This document shows, piece after piece, positions 31,948-43,401 of a DNA stretch of 64,000 bases. Where the stretch lies: the NCBI GenBank assembly GCA_000004985.1, contig GG738865.1; one strand, written 5' to 3'. The translations under genes were made by a program, and so were the position numbers. Within the stretch, counting starts at the first letter, position 1. Every line of letters starts with the position of its first letter. The stretch is from Naegleria gruberi. Lineage: Eukaryota. The notes below the pieces were generated by a model, which saw only the letters and a list, made by a program, of their open reading frames with translations, searched no databases and was not told the DNA's origin.

Positions 31948-32999
31948 ATGGAAGAAAAATTAGCAGCCAATCCATCAGAGAGTACCGAGGCAAGCAAGAG
32001 TAAACTTCCTTCTCAAATATCATCACGTCCAACAGAGTTTGATATCAAGGCTCCGATTGAATATGATAAAATTTCAATGCCACCTTGTTTGAAGGAGGAA
32101 CAACATAAAGCCTTTTTAGAAATGGTTAGATTAACAAGGGAATATGAGGAAACAAATGGTTTGACACCTTATCAGAAATATTACATTTATTATGCTGATG
32201 CTGATCATCATTGTTTAGTTAGATATTTACGTGCTAGAGATTTTGATGTGCATAAGGCTTTTAACTTGTTGAAACATTCATTGGAATGGATTGAATCATA
32301 CAAGCCACACATGATTAATGCAACAAAAATCGACCATGAAGGGTCTACAGGAAAGATGTTTGTTCATGGACATGATAAATTCGGAAGACCTGTTGTCTAT
32401 CTTGTTCCTGCAAGAGAGAATACCTATGATAATGTTGCTAATATTGAATTGTTGGTTTATACGTTGTGGACTGCTGTTGATAGAATGGATGATGGTCATA
32501 CCCAAATGGTTTGTTTCATTTGTTTTTAACTCATTACCAAATTATTTAATTATGAATAATAATTCATTTGGAATAATGTTAATAGGTTTGGATTTGTGAT
32601 TATTCGGGATATTCAATGAAGAATGCACCAAGTTTATCTGTCTGTAAACAAACAGTTGAAATTTTGAGTAGTCATTTCCCTGAAAGATTGGGAGTTGCCT
32701 TAATTATGAATCCACCAAGAGTTTTCAGTTGGTTCTGGAAGCTCATTAGTCCATTTATTCCAGCTGCCACAAAGGAAAAGATTAAATTCTGTAACACTTC
32801 TAATAAGGAAGAAATGATGAAATTTATGGAACCTTACTTTACACCTGATCTTGTTTTAAAAGATTTTGGCGGTGAAAATGAATTTGAATTTGCAAAGGTC
32901 TGGAAACAAGATAAGGTTCTAGACAATACTCGTCTGAAAAAGATTAATGATTTTGGTTTGGCTGATGTTTCTTCACTTTTTGCCAATGTTGAACCATAA
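31948..32999 (+). CDS. Sec14-like / CRAL-TRIO lipid-transfer protein, 2 exons (intron 32509-32585)
   Basis: CRAL-TRIO N-terminal motif HHCLVRYLRARDFDVHKAFNLLKHSLEW. GRPVVYL follows. The GTTTGT...TTAATAG intron joins ..GHTQM to VWICDYSGYSMKNAPSLS. The C-terminal domain has HFPERLGVALIMNPPRVFSWFWKLISPFI. Confidence 0.75.
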
Positions 33000-33194
33000 A
33001 CTCTGAATATGTTTTGTTTCATATTATTTATCCATCTATTATTACTATTATATTACTGCATCTGTTTTGGTCTAGAAATTAGGAGCGTTGAGATTTTTTC
33101 CCGCCAATAAAAAAACAGTTTTATTATTCAAAAAAAAATCCTTAATGACCATCTTCCCTCATCATCCCATCACTTCCTCTGCACAACAATCATC

Positions 33195-36100
33195 ATGATG
33201 AAATCGATTAGTAACAATAAATCCAAAAGGGAACAGCAACAACGCTCAATGAGCAAATCTTTATCATCGAGTACAATATCCACCCTCCATCAACAACCAG
33301 AAAAAACAACACCCAAAAGAAGAAAATCACAAAATACAAGTCAAGCTCCTGTGCTTGTGGCAGCTTCTCTTGATGATTTTAGTCTTGCTTCTTCAACTCT
33401 TCAAAAAAATGTTCAAGACTCTATTCTAACCACAACTCCATCAACAGTACCAACACCTCTGGTTCAAGTTTCTTTATTTTCCATTCTGAATAAGAGTGGA
33501 TCTTCGGCGCCAAAATTGCCAACAATTTTCAATGATGATGAGGATGAGCAAGAGGTAGAGGAGAGTGAGAGCATAATTTCCTTCCGAAACAATGAAGAAA
33601 TTAGTCAACAACCATCCCGACCAGAATTATCAGCCGCTGAAAACACTTCCCTCTCCGAGCAACAATATTCCTCTCCTCAAATAATGTTCAAAGAATTGAC
33701 GAGGGAGAAATTATTCTCTCAAAAAACATCCCCCAAAAGACCTCTCGTAATTAAATCTTGTGCACATCCAAAGGATAGTACATTTTCCACAGTCAATTTA
33801 ATGTTGGAAAAGGTTTTAAAAATTATTGGAAACTCAAAGAAAGGAACCTTTCTCTTTTTAACAAGATCCAATATGGACTCTCGTATTATCAAGGATATCC
33901 TACTCCAACAAGTTCCTGACCAGATGAAGGATATTAAAGTCATGTCATTTCACACCTTCTCCAGTACCATCCTTAAAAAGGCAGGAAAACCATATGGAAA
34001 TTCTGGATTTAAGATCATTTCCAATGAGGATACTAGATTTTGTTTGAGTAAGGTATTGGAACATAATGATAAAACCAACTCTCTTAAGGAATTATCAATG
34101 GATGTGGAGGGTATTCAGAATTTTATTGAAGCTCTCAAACTGGAAATGAAAACTCCAGACATGCTCCTCCGCGAAATCATTTCACAACACCAAAGAGATT
34201 CAGTCAATGGAGAGAGAAGAAAGTTAATGTTGCTGCAAAATATTTACAGTGAATATGAAAATCTGAAAATGCAAAGTAAGAGTTTGGATTTTACAGATTT
34301 ATTATTGCAATGTCATACTCTCCTGACAAATCCATCATCTGAAACTCTCTCCAACATTGGGCTATCGAATAGATCTGATCTTTATATTCTAATTGATGAT
34401 TTTGAATTGTTAGATCTTCCTCAACATACTCTTTGTAAAGATATTATTTATTTGATGAGTCAAACTCAACAGACATCCATCAAGAGTGTATTGCTAGGAA
34501 CTCAAAAATTGGATTGTGATAATTTGGCTAATTTAAAGCAAACTTTTATGGATCCATTTAGTTTTGATATTTTCAATTTTGATTCTATTGAAGATCAAAT
34601 GAAAGAGACAAAGATCGCAGCCCATCATATACCAATTGAATCAACAAATATATTTGATGATCTCAAATCAGGAGAGTTAGTTTGGAGGTACATTTCTATT
34701 GAAGGGAAAATATTGGATGAAAAAACTTTGCATACAGTCGTTTCAAGATTTGCCGTTAAGGGATTTGAAAAGAATGAAAATGAAACCATCAGTGACATTC
34801 CAACAGAGACAATTCAAATAAGTCCAGAGACTAGTGAGCTTATCTTCCAAAGTGACTCCCTTTCTACCCCAATAGGTGCTGCTGACTATCTGACTGCTCC
34901 ACAAAAAGTATGCAATATTTATTTGGAGTTTTCCTCGAAGAAGGAACAAATGGAATGGTTGGCATCTATTGAAAGAGGAATCATGCTTCAACAAAAGCCA
35001 CTCAAGATGCCACCTTGTTTCAAGGACAAGTGTCAAAAGTTAGATGTAACCAAAGATCAAAAAACAACATTCCAACCCAAGATTAGAATCAATAGGGAAA
35101 AGATTAGAGATATGGTCTATTACAGGCACTCAATATCTGAACAATTCCTCATGAAACTAGAACATGTCATCAACATAATCGAGCAACATATTAACAAGAG
35201 TGCCAAAGCAGCAATTGGAGACGATGTTCCTCTCAAGAATTTAGTAATGAGTAGAATATTCAAGCAACTTGGACAAGAAACACCTGACCAGATAATTATT
35301 GTGGATTTGAAATTGGAGGATTTTTGTCAAGAATGGGAAAAGGATTGGAAGAATTCTTTATTATGGGGTGAAAAGGTAACAGAGCCTTCAACCTCTGAAA
35401 AACTCATGAAATCCATTGCCGAGACTTTATCAAAACTTGGTCAAGAATGTGAAGAAACAACAACACCGATAGTATTGGAAGAAAGTCTTGAAGAGAAAAT
35501 CGAACAAACATCTATGATTGAGGAGCAACCAAAAGAAGAATTTAACAACATGGAAGAGGAGGAAGACCAGATTATCAGTGATATTGTCTCACCAAATTTT
35601 AAAACTCCAAACAATGTCTCCTCTCTTGATGCTCTCATTTCTTCTGCCAACACTGAAAATCCAATGACCATTGAGCAATTGGCTTCGTCAGTTATTGATG
35701 AGGAAATTTATGTTTCTCCTGACAGACAACCATCAAGGGATAGTACTCCACCAAAATCCACTGAAAAAACTCCAAATCAAACAACTATTACTCTTGAACC
35801 AATAAGTACAAACTACTCGAATTATGATGCTAGATCCATTCTGGATCATTTCAGAAAGACACTTTCCACCCAAAAAATCGAACCAACAAAAACACTAGTC
35901 CCCCAAGACAATAAGAAACAACTTATAGAAATTGATTACGAGATGAATAGACTCCTGAATGCCACTCAAGAACACGTCATGCTCGACGACTCTGCCTATG
36001 CCTTTGATTCATCGAAACCACAACTCGACATTACATTCAATAATCAATCGGCATTGAACATGACTGATATTTCTCAAAAACCACTCTTTACACCAACCAA

Positions 36101-36764
36101 GCCATCCTCAAACTTGGCCAAACTTAGAGAGCTAACCTCTCCAAACTCTCCAAGCACTGTATTTTCTAGTATTGTTTCCAAATCTCTTTCCAAAAAGTTA
36201 ACTTCTCCACCTCCTAAAACAAGTCCTTCAATAACCCCTTCGAGAGCTGAACGAAGAAATGCCAAACTTGTTCAAGTCAAATCTGGTTCACCAAGTAAGA
36301 TTATTCAAGTAATTAAAACTCTCAAAACTGGTGTGACCATATATAAACACTCATCGAGTGGAACCTCTAAGAAGAAACTTGTCCACCTATTCCTCTCTGC
36401 AGACGAGAACTTTGTTTGCTATGTGAAACCAGAGTCGAGAAATATTGTCCCTCTCTATGAAATTAAATCCAAATTCCCAGTATCTTCGATCAGATATCTC
36501 CAAAAGGGAGAACTTGTTAAGAAGAGAAGACTATTGGAAATTAAGGGTGGTATTGCAAGTACCTTATTAGGTATCAAGAAGGAGGAAATGAAAGTCGATT
36601 CAACTGTTCTCTTTTCCTTCTGTCTCCCAGAGAGGTATTTAGATTTTGAAGCCAAATCAATAATTGAGTGTCAAACATGGTTTGACATGTGGGAATACTT
36701 TGTAGCAGCTATAGCTAAAAATCAAGCCGAAAAGCAGGTTGAAGAACCAAGTGTTTCTCAATAA
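33195..36764 (+). CDS. large (1189 aa) protein with a degenerate UvrD/Rep-like helicase core and two PH-like domains
   Basis: IIGNSKKGTFLFLTRS lies where Walker A GxGKT is expected. VMSFHTFSSTILKK...FKIISNEDTRFCLSKVL resembles vGTFHslc.riLr...f.IlD..dq..ll. SLDFTDLLLQCHTLL...DLYILIDDFELLD resembles vDFaeLLl.a..Ll...ILVDEFQDtn (motif II with E replaced). PH-like folds occur at ~480-590 and at the C terminus (..LVHLFLSADENFVCYVKPES...ECQTWFDMWEYFVAAI). Confidence 0.5.
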   Translation: MMKSISNNKSKREQQQRSMSKSLSSSTISTLHQQPEKTTPKRRKSQNTSQAPVLVAASLDDFSLASSTLQKNVQDSILTTTPSTVPTPLVQVSLFSILNKSGSSAPKLPTIFNDDEDEQEVEESESIISFRNNEEISQQPSRPELSAAENTSLSEQQYSSPQIMFKELTREKLFSQKTSPKRPLVIKSCAHPKDSTFSTVNLMLEKVLKIIGNSKKGTFLFLTRSNMDSRIIKDILLQQVPDQMKDIKVMSFHTFSSTILKKAGKPYGNSGFKIISNEDTRFCLSKVLEHNDKTNSLKELSMDVEGIQNFIEALKLEMKTPDMLLREIISQHQRDSVNGERRKLMLLQNIYSEYENLKMQSKSLDFTDLLLQCHTLLTNPSSETLSNIGLSNRSDLYILIDDFELLDLPQHTLCKDIIYLMSQTQQTSIKSVLLGTQKLDCDNLANLKQTFMDPFSFDIFNFDSIEDQMKETKIAAHHIPIESTNIFDDLKSGELVWRYISIEGKILDEKTLHTVVSRFAVKGFEKNENETISDIPTETIQISPETSELIFQSDSLSTPIGAADYLTAPQKVCNIYLEFSSKKEQMEWLASIERGIMLQQKPLKMPPCFKDKCQKLDVTKDQKTTFQPKIRINREKIRDMVYYRHSISEQFLMKLEHVINIIEQHINKSAKAAIGDDVPLKNLVMSRIFKQLGQETPDQIIIVDLKLEDFCQEWEKDWKNSLLWGEKVTEPSTSEKLMKSIAETLSKLGQECEETTTPIVLEESLEEKIEQTSMIEEQPKEEFNNMEEEEDQIISDIVSPNFKTPNNVSSLDALISSANTENPMTIEQLASSVIDEEIYVSPDRQPSRDSTPPKSTEKTPNQTTITLEPISTNYSNYDARSILDHFRKTLSTQKIEPTKTLVPQDNKKQLIEIDYEMNRLLNATQEHVMLDDSAYAFDSSKPQLDITFNNQSALNMTDISQKPLFTPTKPSSNLAKLRELTSPNSPSTVFSSIVSKSLSKKLTSPPPKTSPSITPSRAERRNAKLVQVKSGSPSKIIQVIKTLKTGVTIYKHSSSGTSKKKLVHLFLSADENFVCYVKPESRNIVPLYEIKSKFPVSSIRYLQKGELVKKRRLLEIKGGIASTLLGIKKEEMKVDSTVLFSFCLPERYLDFEAKSIIECQTWFDMWEYFVAAIAKNQAEKQVEEPSVSQ

Positions 36765-36932
36765 ACATATTTTTCTTTCAAATTTCAATACCCTCAATCC
36801 AAAACTATTAATTTAAACCTATTTCACATCATTGAGTTTTTGAAATGGAAATTCATAAAGGAGTCCAAACAATGTTAAGGATATCAAGGAAAAAATCTCT
36901 CAAATATTTTAAAAAAATATTATCCAAACATC

Positions 36933-37727
36933 ATGTACAACCAAAGTGAAACGGCAATCTTTAACAACGAAGAGCAGCCACCTCAAGTAGAAGATGCCTA
37001 TGCCGGATATGATGATGTTGCCACAGGAACAACAGAAGCACCTGGATTGTCTGCCGAAATTGTCTATCATCCTTACTTTCAATTGGCAACATTTTGCTTA
37101 ATAATGGGAGTTATTGGTGTTGTTGCTGTTCCAATCTCTGGTTGGTTTATTGGTGATGGATTATATCGTTCCTATAGCGGACCATCACATTTATTAGATG
37201 TTGTTGTTTGCTTATTGGTTGGATTATTCTTAATGGCCCTTACTTTGATGATTGTTGGATTTATTTTGGCTGTTTTGGCTACCCAATGGAATTACATTCA
37301 TGAAGGTACATCAAAGGAACAGTATGGAGCAGGTGAAGGAATGACATCAACCCCAGTATACGATCAAAAGACTATTGTTCAAAAGAGGAGAACATTTATC
37401 ATTTCAGTAATCTTTACCGTTCCATACTCTATTATTGGTTTTTATTATTGTATTGCTGGATTAGTTGCTGTTATTTCCACAGCCTCATCAAATTTCCCAA
37501 CATTTACTAACTTTGTCGATTACACTGGATTTGGTTTGGGATTTTTAATGCTCTATTTTGGTTGTGCTTTGATTTCGCTTACAGTCATGATCTCAGTAGG
37601 TCTTTTCAGAAGTTGGAAACAAGCTGAAACCTCTGATCCAGGTTGTTCACATCCTATTCTTCAAAAGATTGGAGACTTTTTGAAGAGATATGTTTGCTGT
37701 GTTAATGGTCAAGTTGCCGAAGCTTAA
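36933..37727 (+). CDS. four-TM membrane protein, family unknown
   Basis: 264 aa with four long hydrophobic helices (e.g. FQLATFCLIMGVIGVVAVPISGWFIG, VVVCLLVGLFLMALTLMIVGFILAVLA). Confidence 0.5.
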   Translation: MYNQSETAIFNNEEQPPQVEDAYAGYDDVATGTTEAPGLSAEIVYHPYFQLATFCLIMGVIGVVAVPISGWFIGDGLYRSYSGPSHLLDVVVCLLVGLFLMALTLMIVGFILAVLATQWNYIHEGTSKEQYGAGEGMTSTPVYDQKTIVQKRRTFIISVIFTVPYSIIGFYYCIAGLVAVISTASSNFPTFTNFVDYTGFGLGFLMLYFGCALISLTVMISVGLFRSWKQAETSDPGCSHPILQKIGDFLKRYVCCVNGQVAEA

Positions 37728-37747
37728 ATAAACTAAATATTTCACTC

Positions 37748-40700
37748 TTACTTTTTTTTATTGGAAATTGAGTTGGTGGTTGGTAAGAGTGATGTAGGTG
37801 GCTGAACCTTATCTCCTAGATTTCGTTTCTTTTCAGCTTTAATCAGTCTTTGATTTTCTGCTGTTAAGGTTTCTAAATTGTCTTTCAGTTGTTGTAGCTC
37901 GGACTTGGTTTGTTCTTGCAATCGTAATAGATTGGATTTTTCGTATTCTAGTTGTTTGAGGTGATTGTTAAGAAGGGTATTGTTTTCCTCAAGCTTTCGT
38001 CCATATTCTTCGACTTGCATGAGTTGGGTCTTTTGTTTTTCAAAGTCCACTTCAATCTTACGATATTTAGAAATATCCAATTGAGTTTTTCTAAGCTCCT
38101 TTTCATATTTTGATATGGTTTCCTCCTTACTCTTGTTAACTTGCATGATTTGTTGGGCAAGCTCAACGTTCTTTTGTTTGAGTCTCAAAATTTCAGATCT
38201 TAATTGTTTCCACAAGTCAACCGTGGTATTTGGTGAGAGTGGAGTGGTTTGAATAATTGCTGAGAATTTACCATTTCTGTGAGTTGGAGTTTTAGAAGCC
38301 ATCTCAGGAGATCCTTCAACACTTGAAGGAGGACCTCCACCCTTGGTCAATTGTTCTAAAAGTCTTTCCACTTCTTGTTGCATCTTTTCATTAGATTGTC
38401 TATTTTCATCGAATTGGCGTTTCAGGTCATAGTTTTCCCTTCTCAGATCGTTCAATTCTCTGCTCTCGACAGCAGAGTTTTGAGATTTTGTCATCAAACT
38501 CTTCTCAAGTGCTTCCTTCTCCTTATTTAACCTTTCGATATTAAGAGCATTATTGGAAAGACTTTCTTGGAGAGAGTTGAGCACTTGGTTAGCATTTTGC
38601 ATTTCTCTATCGTGTTCCAATTGCTGTTTTGCTAAAAGACTTTGCAAGTTTGAAATCAAGTCGTTCTTTTCTTGTAATTCATTGAATGATGAGGAAATTT
38701 GTTCTTGGAAGTGAGTGATTTCCGTCTCGGCTCTCTCCTTGTAAATATTGTAAGTTTCCATGAATCTGTCCAATTCCTCCTTTGATTTTTGAATTTCCCT
38801 TTCCTTTTCAGAAATAGTGTTTTCCTTCTTTTCTATATTCTTCTCTAGTTGATCAATTTGGTTTAAGAGTTCTTGATTATCTCCTTGAGATTTGAGGTCT
38901 TCCCTAATTGTATCAATTGTAAGCTTATAATCCTCAACTTGAATTTTTAGAACTAGTATTTCATTATTGAGTGACTCTACTTCTTGATTTGACTCATCAA
39001 GAAGTGCCTTATATCTTTCACAGCCATCCAGTGATCTTTCCAACTTTGAATTTATCTCGTCATCCCCAGAGCTTAATTGATTTTGAAGGTCATTATTTTT
39101 TCTTTGTATTTGCTCCAAATCTTTCTCAATGGCTTTCAATTGTTCCTTTAATTTTTCATTTTCTTCATCTAGTTGTTCCAATCGAGAAGAATACTCATCA
39201 ATGGTGGAATCCTTAATGTCCAACAATGATTTCACCTCTGTATTTTCCTTCTCCAAATCTGCCATGATGGATTCCTTATTTTTGATTTCGTGAGAGTAAT
39301 TTTCTAGTAATTCCTCAAGTCTACTTCTTTCCTCATCAAATTCTTGCTTCTCAAGTTCCTTTCTTTCCTCAATTTGTTTTAGCTCTTCTTCCATTTCATT
39401 TAGACTATTCTCTAGATCTAAATTTCTTTCTTCCAACCTTTTGATTTGTTCATTTTCGGAATCGCTCTTTCCATTTAATGTATCTTTCAAAATATCAATA
39501 TCTCTTCCTAATTGCGTAATCTCCTTGCATTTAATATTGAACTGTTTCTCCTTATCTTGTAGTTTTTCTTCCACACCATTCAACTGCTTTTGTTGCTGCA
39601 CGAGTTCAGCTCGCAAAGAATAAATCTCATCATCCTTATCCTTAACTTCATCGAGAAGAGATTCTATTTGAGCATTTTGTCCTTCCAGCTGTTCGAAAGT
39701 TGACTCTGCTGCTTCTTGCTTGGTTGAAAGGAGGTCTTCCACATTCTGCTGGGATTCTGTCAATTTTCCTTCTAAATCTTCAACAATTTCTTCCTTTTCT
39801 TCAAGCATTTTCTTCAATGCCTCCAATTCTGAATTCATCAATTTCACTTGTTGAGAGGTATTTGCAATCACATTCTTGTTATTGTTATCCTCATCGATTC
39901 TCTCTTGCAGTGTTTCCAGCAATTCCTCATACTTTTTTCGTTCAGCTTCCAAATCATCCTCTAGATTTTGTTTATGAATTGGAATTTCTTCCAAATCTTT
40001 AGTCAGTTTGGTGGATGATTCGTTTGCCTTGTTCACTTCTGCTGTCATTAGTTCAACAACAGTCCTAGCCTCGTTCAATTCCTTCTCTAAATCTGTTATT
40101 TTGTTTGTTGTTGCCTCTTGGTTCTTTGTATCTTGATTTTGAAGGGTTTCAATTTCATTCTCTAGAATCTTTCTTTCCCTTTCAAAGTCGTCGCTCTGAG
40201 TTTGCATTTCATTCTTGATTCTTTCCAGCTCCTTCTCCAACAGTTCGAGCACTTTCTTATTGGCATCAATTCCATAGGAAATGTTCTGAGAAATGAAATC
40301 CCTCTCCTCCACTAAAGTTTGATTTTCAGTTATGAGCTTTTCCACAGCTTCCTCTTTTTCGGCAAGCTTGTCAAGCAATTGCTGTATCTGCCCATCTCTC
40401 TCTTTTAACAATTCTTCGTCGACAAGTGGTTTCTCCTCTTCGAATATTGAGCATTGAACAGGTGTTTCTGCAATTGTTTTTTGTTCTGTTTCTGTGTTGG
40501 TGCTATTTTCAGAAGTATTTGAAACAGGGATATAGGTTTGGGTTGGAGCTTCATTGGTGCTGGTTTGTACTTGTGTGCTCGCTTCTTTGACCTCCAAGTC
40601 TGTATTTGTACTCTCATCATTGGTAAGATTTAAAAGGTTATGATCTGCTTGCACGGATTCTTCTTTAGATTGTGGAACATCCTCTTCTTTAGAATCTGCC

Positions 40701-41905
40701 ACTGGATGACTTGAAGAAAAACTTGAATTTAATGGAGGTATAGGAGGTACACAATACACCAACTCAACAATTTTATCGTTCAAGCCATTGATTTTTTCCT
40801 CAAACGATATCTTTTCATTTTCAAATTGTTGTTTTTCCTCCTCCAGATTTGTGATTGTTTCTTCTTTTGATTTCAACTCATTTTCCAATTCCCTAAGTTT
40901 CTCTTTGTTTTCCTCCTCTATAATTGATAATTTTTCCTCCTTTGATTTTAATTCGCTCTCCATTTCCTTAAGCTTTTCCTTCAACTGAGAACATTTTTCG
41001 ACAATGTTGCAAATCTGCTCCTCTTCCTTTTCCTCTTCCTCACTAATATGTACATTTTCATCGAACATAAAATCTTTTGAAGGTAATTCCTGTAGAGATT
41101 CATTAGTGTATGATTCCCCATGGTTGGATGGAGATGTGAGTTTGTTTGGTGTAATGTTAGAAGTGAAATTCAAGAGTTTTGTCAACTCTTCTTCATCTGA
41201 AAAATCTCCATCATTAATATTTGGGATATCGATATGAATAGGAGTTTGTGAAATAGAGGAAGAACCTAGAATGAAATCCAATGGTTTTGACCTCCTTTCA
41301 GAATGATAGAAAAATGGACTGTTTGAGTTTGTTACTCGATTATTTGATGGTTCTGTTGTTGGTGATACATTTCTCCTGATTACTATTTTAGTTGAGCCAT
41401 GAAGATTGGTAGGAGTTTTGTTAGACTTGTTCAATTCACTCTCCAAGGTCACATTTCCATTAGAGTCTGTTGGGAGGGAAATATAAGGATGCAGATATCC
41501 ACAACCACAACGAGCATGAGAAACTTTGGTTCCTCTTGGAAAGAATCTTTTGAAAATGTTTTTAACCTCAGTTTCCTGTAATTCATCTAGGGAAATAGAT
41601 CCATCCTTTTGATTCATTTGTGATGATGATTGTTGATGATGGTTTGGTTCCTTCTTCGATTGAATGATGGTAGAAAATGTATTTTCATTATTCCGAGATA
41701 ATACAATTGGTTTAGATTTGGATTTGTTGCATAGAGAGTGTTTGATATTCTCTGTTGTTATATTATGTAAATGTAAATGTTTTGATGAGGGTGCAAATGT
41801 TCTATTACTATTTAATGAACCAATATTAAGTGGAGGTATTCTCACTTCATGCTCCGTTGATATTTTGTGTTTTTTCAATTCCAAATATTCCTCAGATGAA
41901 GCCAT
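37748..41905 (-). CDS. long coiled-coil protein (1385 aa), myosin-tail/golgin-like, no motor domain
   Basis: About 900 residues of E/K/L/Q-rich heptad-like sequence (LKEKLKEMESELKSKEEKLSIIEEENKEKLRELENELKSKEE...). N-terminal S/N-rich region. Single ORF. Confidence 0.6.
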   Translation of the reverse strand: MASSEEYLELKKHKISTEHEVRIPPLNIGSLNSNRTFAPSSKHLHLHNITTENIKHSLCNKSKSKPIVLSRNNENTFSTIIQSKKEPNHHQQSSSQMNQKDGSISLDELQETEVKNIFKRFFPRGTKVSHARCGCGYLHPYISLPTDSNGNVTLESELNKSNKTPTNLHGSTKIVIRRNVSPTTEPSNNRVTNSNSPFFYHSERRSKPLDFILGSSSISQTPIHIDIPNINDGDFSDEEELTKLLNFTSNITPNKLTSPSNHGESYTNESLQELPSKDFMFDENVHISEEEEKEEEQICNIVEKCSQLKEKLKEMESELKSKEEKLSIIEEENKEKLRELENELKSKEETITNLEEEKQQFENEKISFEEKINGLNDKIVELVYCVPPIPPLNSSFSSSHPVADSKEEDVPQSKEESVQADHNLLNLTNDESTNTDLEVKEASTQVQTSTNEAPTQTYIPVSNTSENSTNTETEQKTIAETPVQCSIFEEEKPLVDEELLKERDGQIQQLLDKLAEKEEAVEKLITENQTLVEERDFISQNISYGIDANKKVLELLEKELERIKNEMQTQSDDFERERKILENEIETLQNQDTKNQEATTNKITDLEKELNEARTVVELMTAEVNKANESSTKLTKDLEEIPIHKQNLEDDLEAERKKYEELLETLQERIDEDNNNKNVIANTSQQVKLMNSELEALKKMLEEKEEIVEDLEGKLTESQQNVEDLLSTKQEAAESTFEQLEGQNAQIESLLDEVKDKDDEIYSLRAELVQQQKQLNGVEEKLQDKEKQFNIKCKEITQLGRDIDILKDTLNGKSDSENEQIKRLEERNLDLENSLNEMEEELKQIEERKELEKQEFDEERSRLEELLENYSHEIKNKESIMADLEKENTEVKSLLDIKDSTIDEYSSRLEQLDEENEKLKEQLKAIEKDLEQIQRKNNDLQNQLSSGDDEINSKLERSLDGCERYKALLDESNQEVESLNNEILVLKIQVEDYKLTIDTIREDLKSQGDNQELLNQIDQLEKNIEKKENTISEKEREIQKSKEELDRFMETYNIYKERAETEITHFQEQISSSFNELQEKNDLISNLQSLLAKQQLEHDREMQNANQVLNSLQESLSNNALNIERLNKEKEALEKSLMTKSQNSAVESRELNDLRRENYDLKRQFDENRQSNEKMQQEVERLLEQLTKGGGPPSSVEGSPEMASKTPTHRNGKFSAIIQTTPLSPNTTVDLWKQLRSEILRLKQKNVELAQQIMQVNKSKEETISKYEKELRKTQLDISKYRKIEVDFEKQKTQLMQVEEYGRKLEENNTLLNNHLKQLEYEKSNLLRLQEQTKSELQQLKDNLETLTAENQRLIKAEKKRNLGDKVQPPTSLLPTTNSISNKKK

Positions 41906-42348
41906 CTCTTTTGATGATTTTAATTGCTTAGGTTTACGATTTGCCGCTTTTTTTTTTAAATTTAAAACAAAACCTCAGTTAACATCAAGATTATGCTTTC
42001 AACAGGACATTGGACAAGCTTAATAAATAGAAATCCAGCACTACAATATTTTAGCGATAAAACGACTTTTCACCTCACAGCCATTCAATACCAGCAGGTC
42101 AATATTTAATTAATTAAGGGAAAATTGGATAGGGAAGAAAGTATTAAGAATCAATGGTATTCCTCAGATTTATTTAGTCGAATGAAAAGTGACATCTCCA
42201 CTTGCATTTACGTGTGTAAGTCTGCATAGCAATTCCTCATAATTTTGGAACTATTTTTTTCACGCTATTATTTATTATTTAAATATTTACAAAGATTACA
42301 ATGTTAATCTCACAACAATTAAAAGGAAATTAAATTTCATTCATATTT

Positions 42349-42759
42349 TTACCACTTCTTTTCATGGTATTCCTCTCTTGAAATTGTAGAGTGAGTGGAT
42401 GGCACACTAGATTGATTTAACATGGCATCCTTTGTTGGAACTGTAGTTGTGGTTCTAGTACTTGAGAGAGGATTTGTTGTGACTGGAGGTACTCCAACAT
42501 CTTTAGCTCCAAGCTCTTGAGCCAAGTGTGGATCGGTTTCTGCTAGCTTCTTTTGTTCTCTGGTTTGATAGGTAATGTTGGTGTCAGTATCGTGGGTGAA
42601 TGGATGTTTAATCTTTTCAGCAATGTTATGTAAGGTTCCTCCTCCTGTGGTACTTGTCTTTTGTGGTTGCATTTTGTTGTATTGTTTTTGATTGAGTAAA
42701 TATGAGTTCGTTTCTCTTTTCAGATTTGAAGGTTTTGCTAGCATTACTTTTTTGACCAA
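42349..42759 (-). CDS. small hydrophilic protein (136 aa), T/S-rich, unknown
   Basis: ORF only; no recognisable domain. Confidence 0.3.
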   Translation of the reverse strand: MVKKVMLAKPSNLKRETNSYLLNQKQYNKMQPQKTSTTGGGTLHNIAEKIKHPFTHDTDTNITYQTREQKKLAETDPHLAQELGAKDVGVPPVTTNPLSSTRTTTTVPTKDAMLNQSSVPSTHSTISREEYHEKKW

Positions 42760-42888
42760 TTGACTGATTTAGTAATTATGAAAATAGAAAATATATAATT
42801 ATATCTTTTTTGGACAACCCTATAATGCAAGTTCAATTACAATCAAATTGGATATATATGAATAAACAACCCAAAAAACTCCCAACAT

Positions 42889-43401
42889 CTAATCCTCCTC
42901 ATAGTTTACAATAAATCCAATATTTTCAAAACTAAAATCATTCTTGTATAAATGCACATTCCTCATGTGCTCGTCTCTCTCTTCACTTGTTCTGAATTTG
43001 GCATTACAAATGGATTTATCTTCAACCAAGCATTGATAACAATCCTTTTTGAGAGTCATCACACTAAAGAATGAATCATGCTTCTCCTCCAAATGTACTG
43101 ATAAGAGAAATGCACTCGGAAATACTCTACTACACTCTGTACAAACATGTTTATGGAGAGTTTCCAAATGATGTTCATATTCAAAATTATTTCCAACATA
43201 TTGTCCACATAATTCACAATTAAATCCTTCTTCCTGATAATTAATTTCCTCATCACTAAAATCTTCTTCCGATATTATTAAATTAGAATCATGAGCCATG
43301 ATGGTAGAATCAAGAAAAGAGGGTGGAATACTCCCACAAGAAAAGAATGAATCAATAGGAGAGATGATTCTTCTCAGTCGAGGGAAGGAACTCTCATTCA
43401 T
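42889..43401 (-). CDS. C2H2 zinc-finger protein
   Basis: CELCGQYVGNNFEYEHHLETLHKH, CTECSRVFPSAFLLSVHLEEKHD and CNAKFRTSEERDEHMRNVH are C-x2-C...H-x3-5-H fingers. The probable start is MAHDSN at ~43299. Confidence 0.6.
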   Translation of the reverse strand: MNESSFPRLRRIISPIDSFFSCGSIPPSFLDSTIMAHDSNLIISEEDFSDEEINYQEEGFNCELCGQYVGNNFEYEHHLETLHKHVCTECSRVFPSAFLLSVHLEEKHDSFFSVMTLKKDCYQCLVEDKSICNAKFRTSEERDEHMRNVHLYKNDFSFENIGFIVNYEED

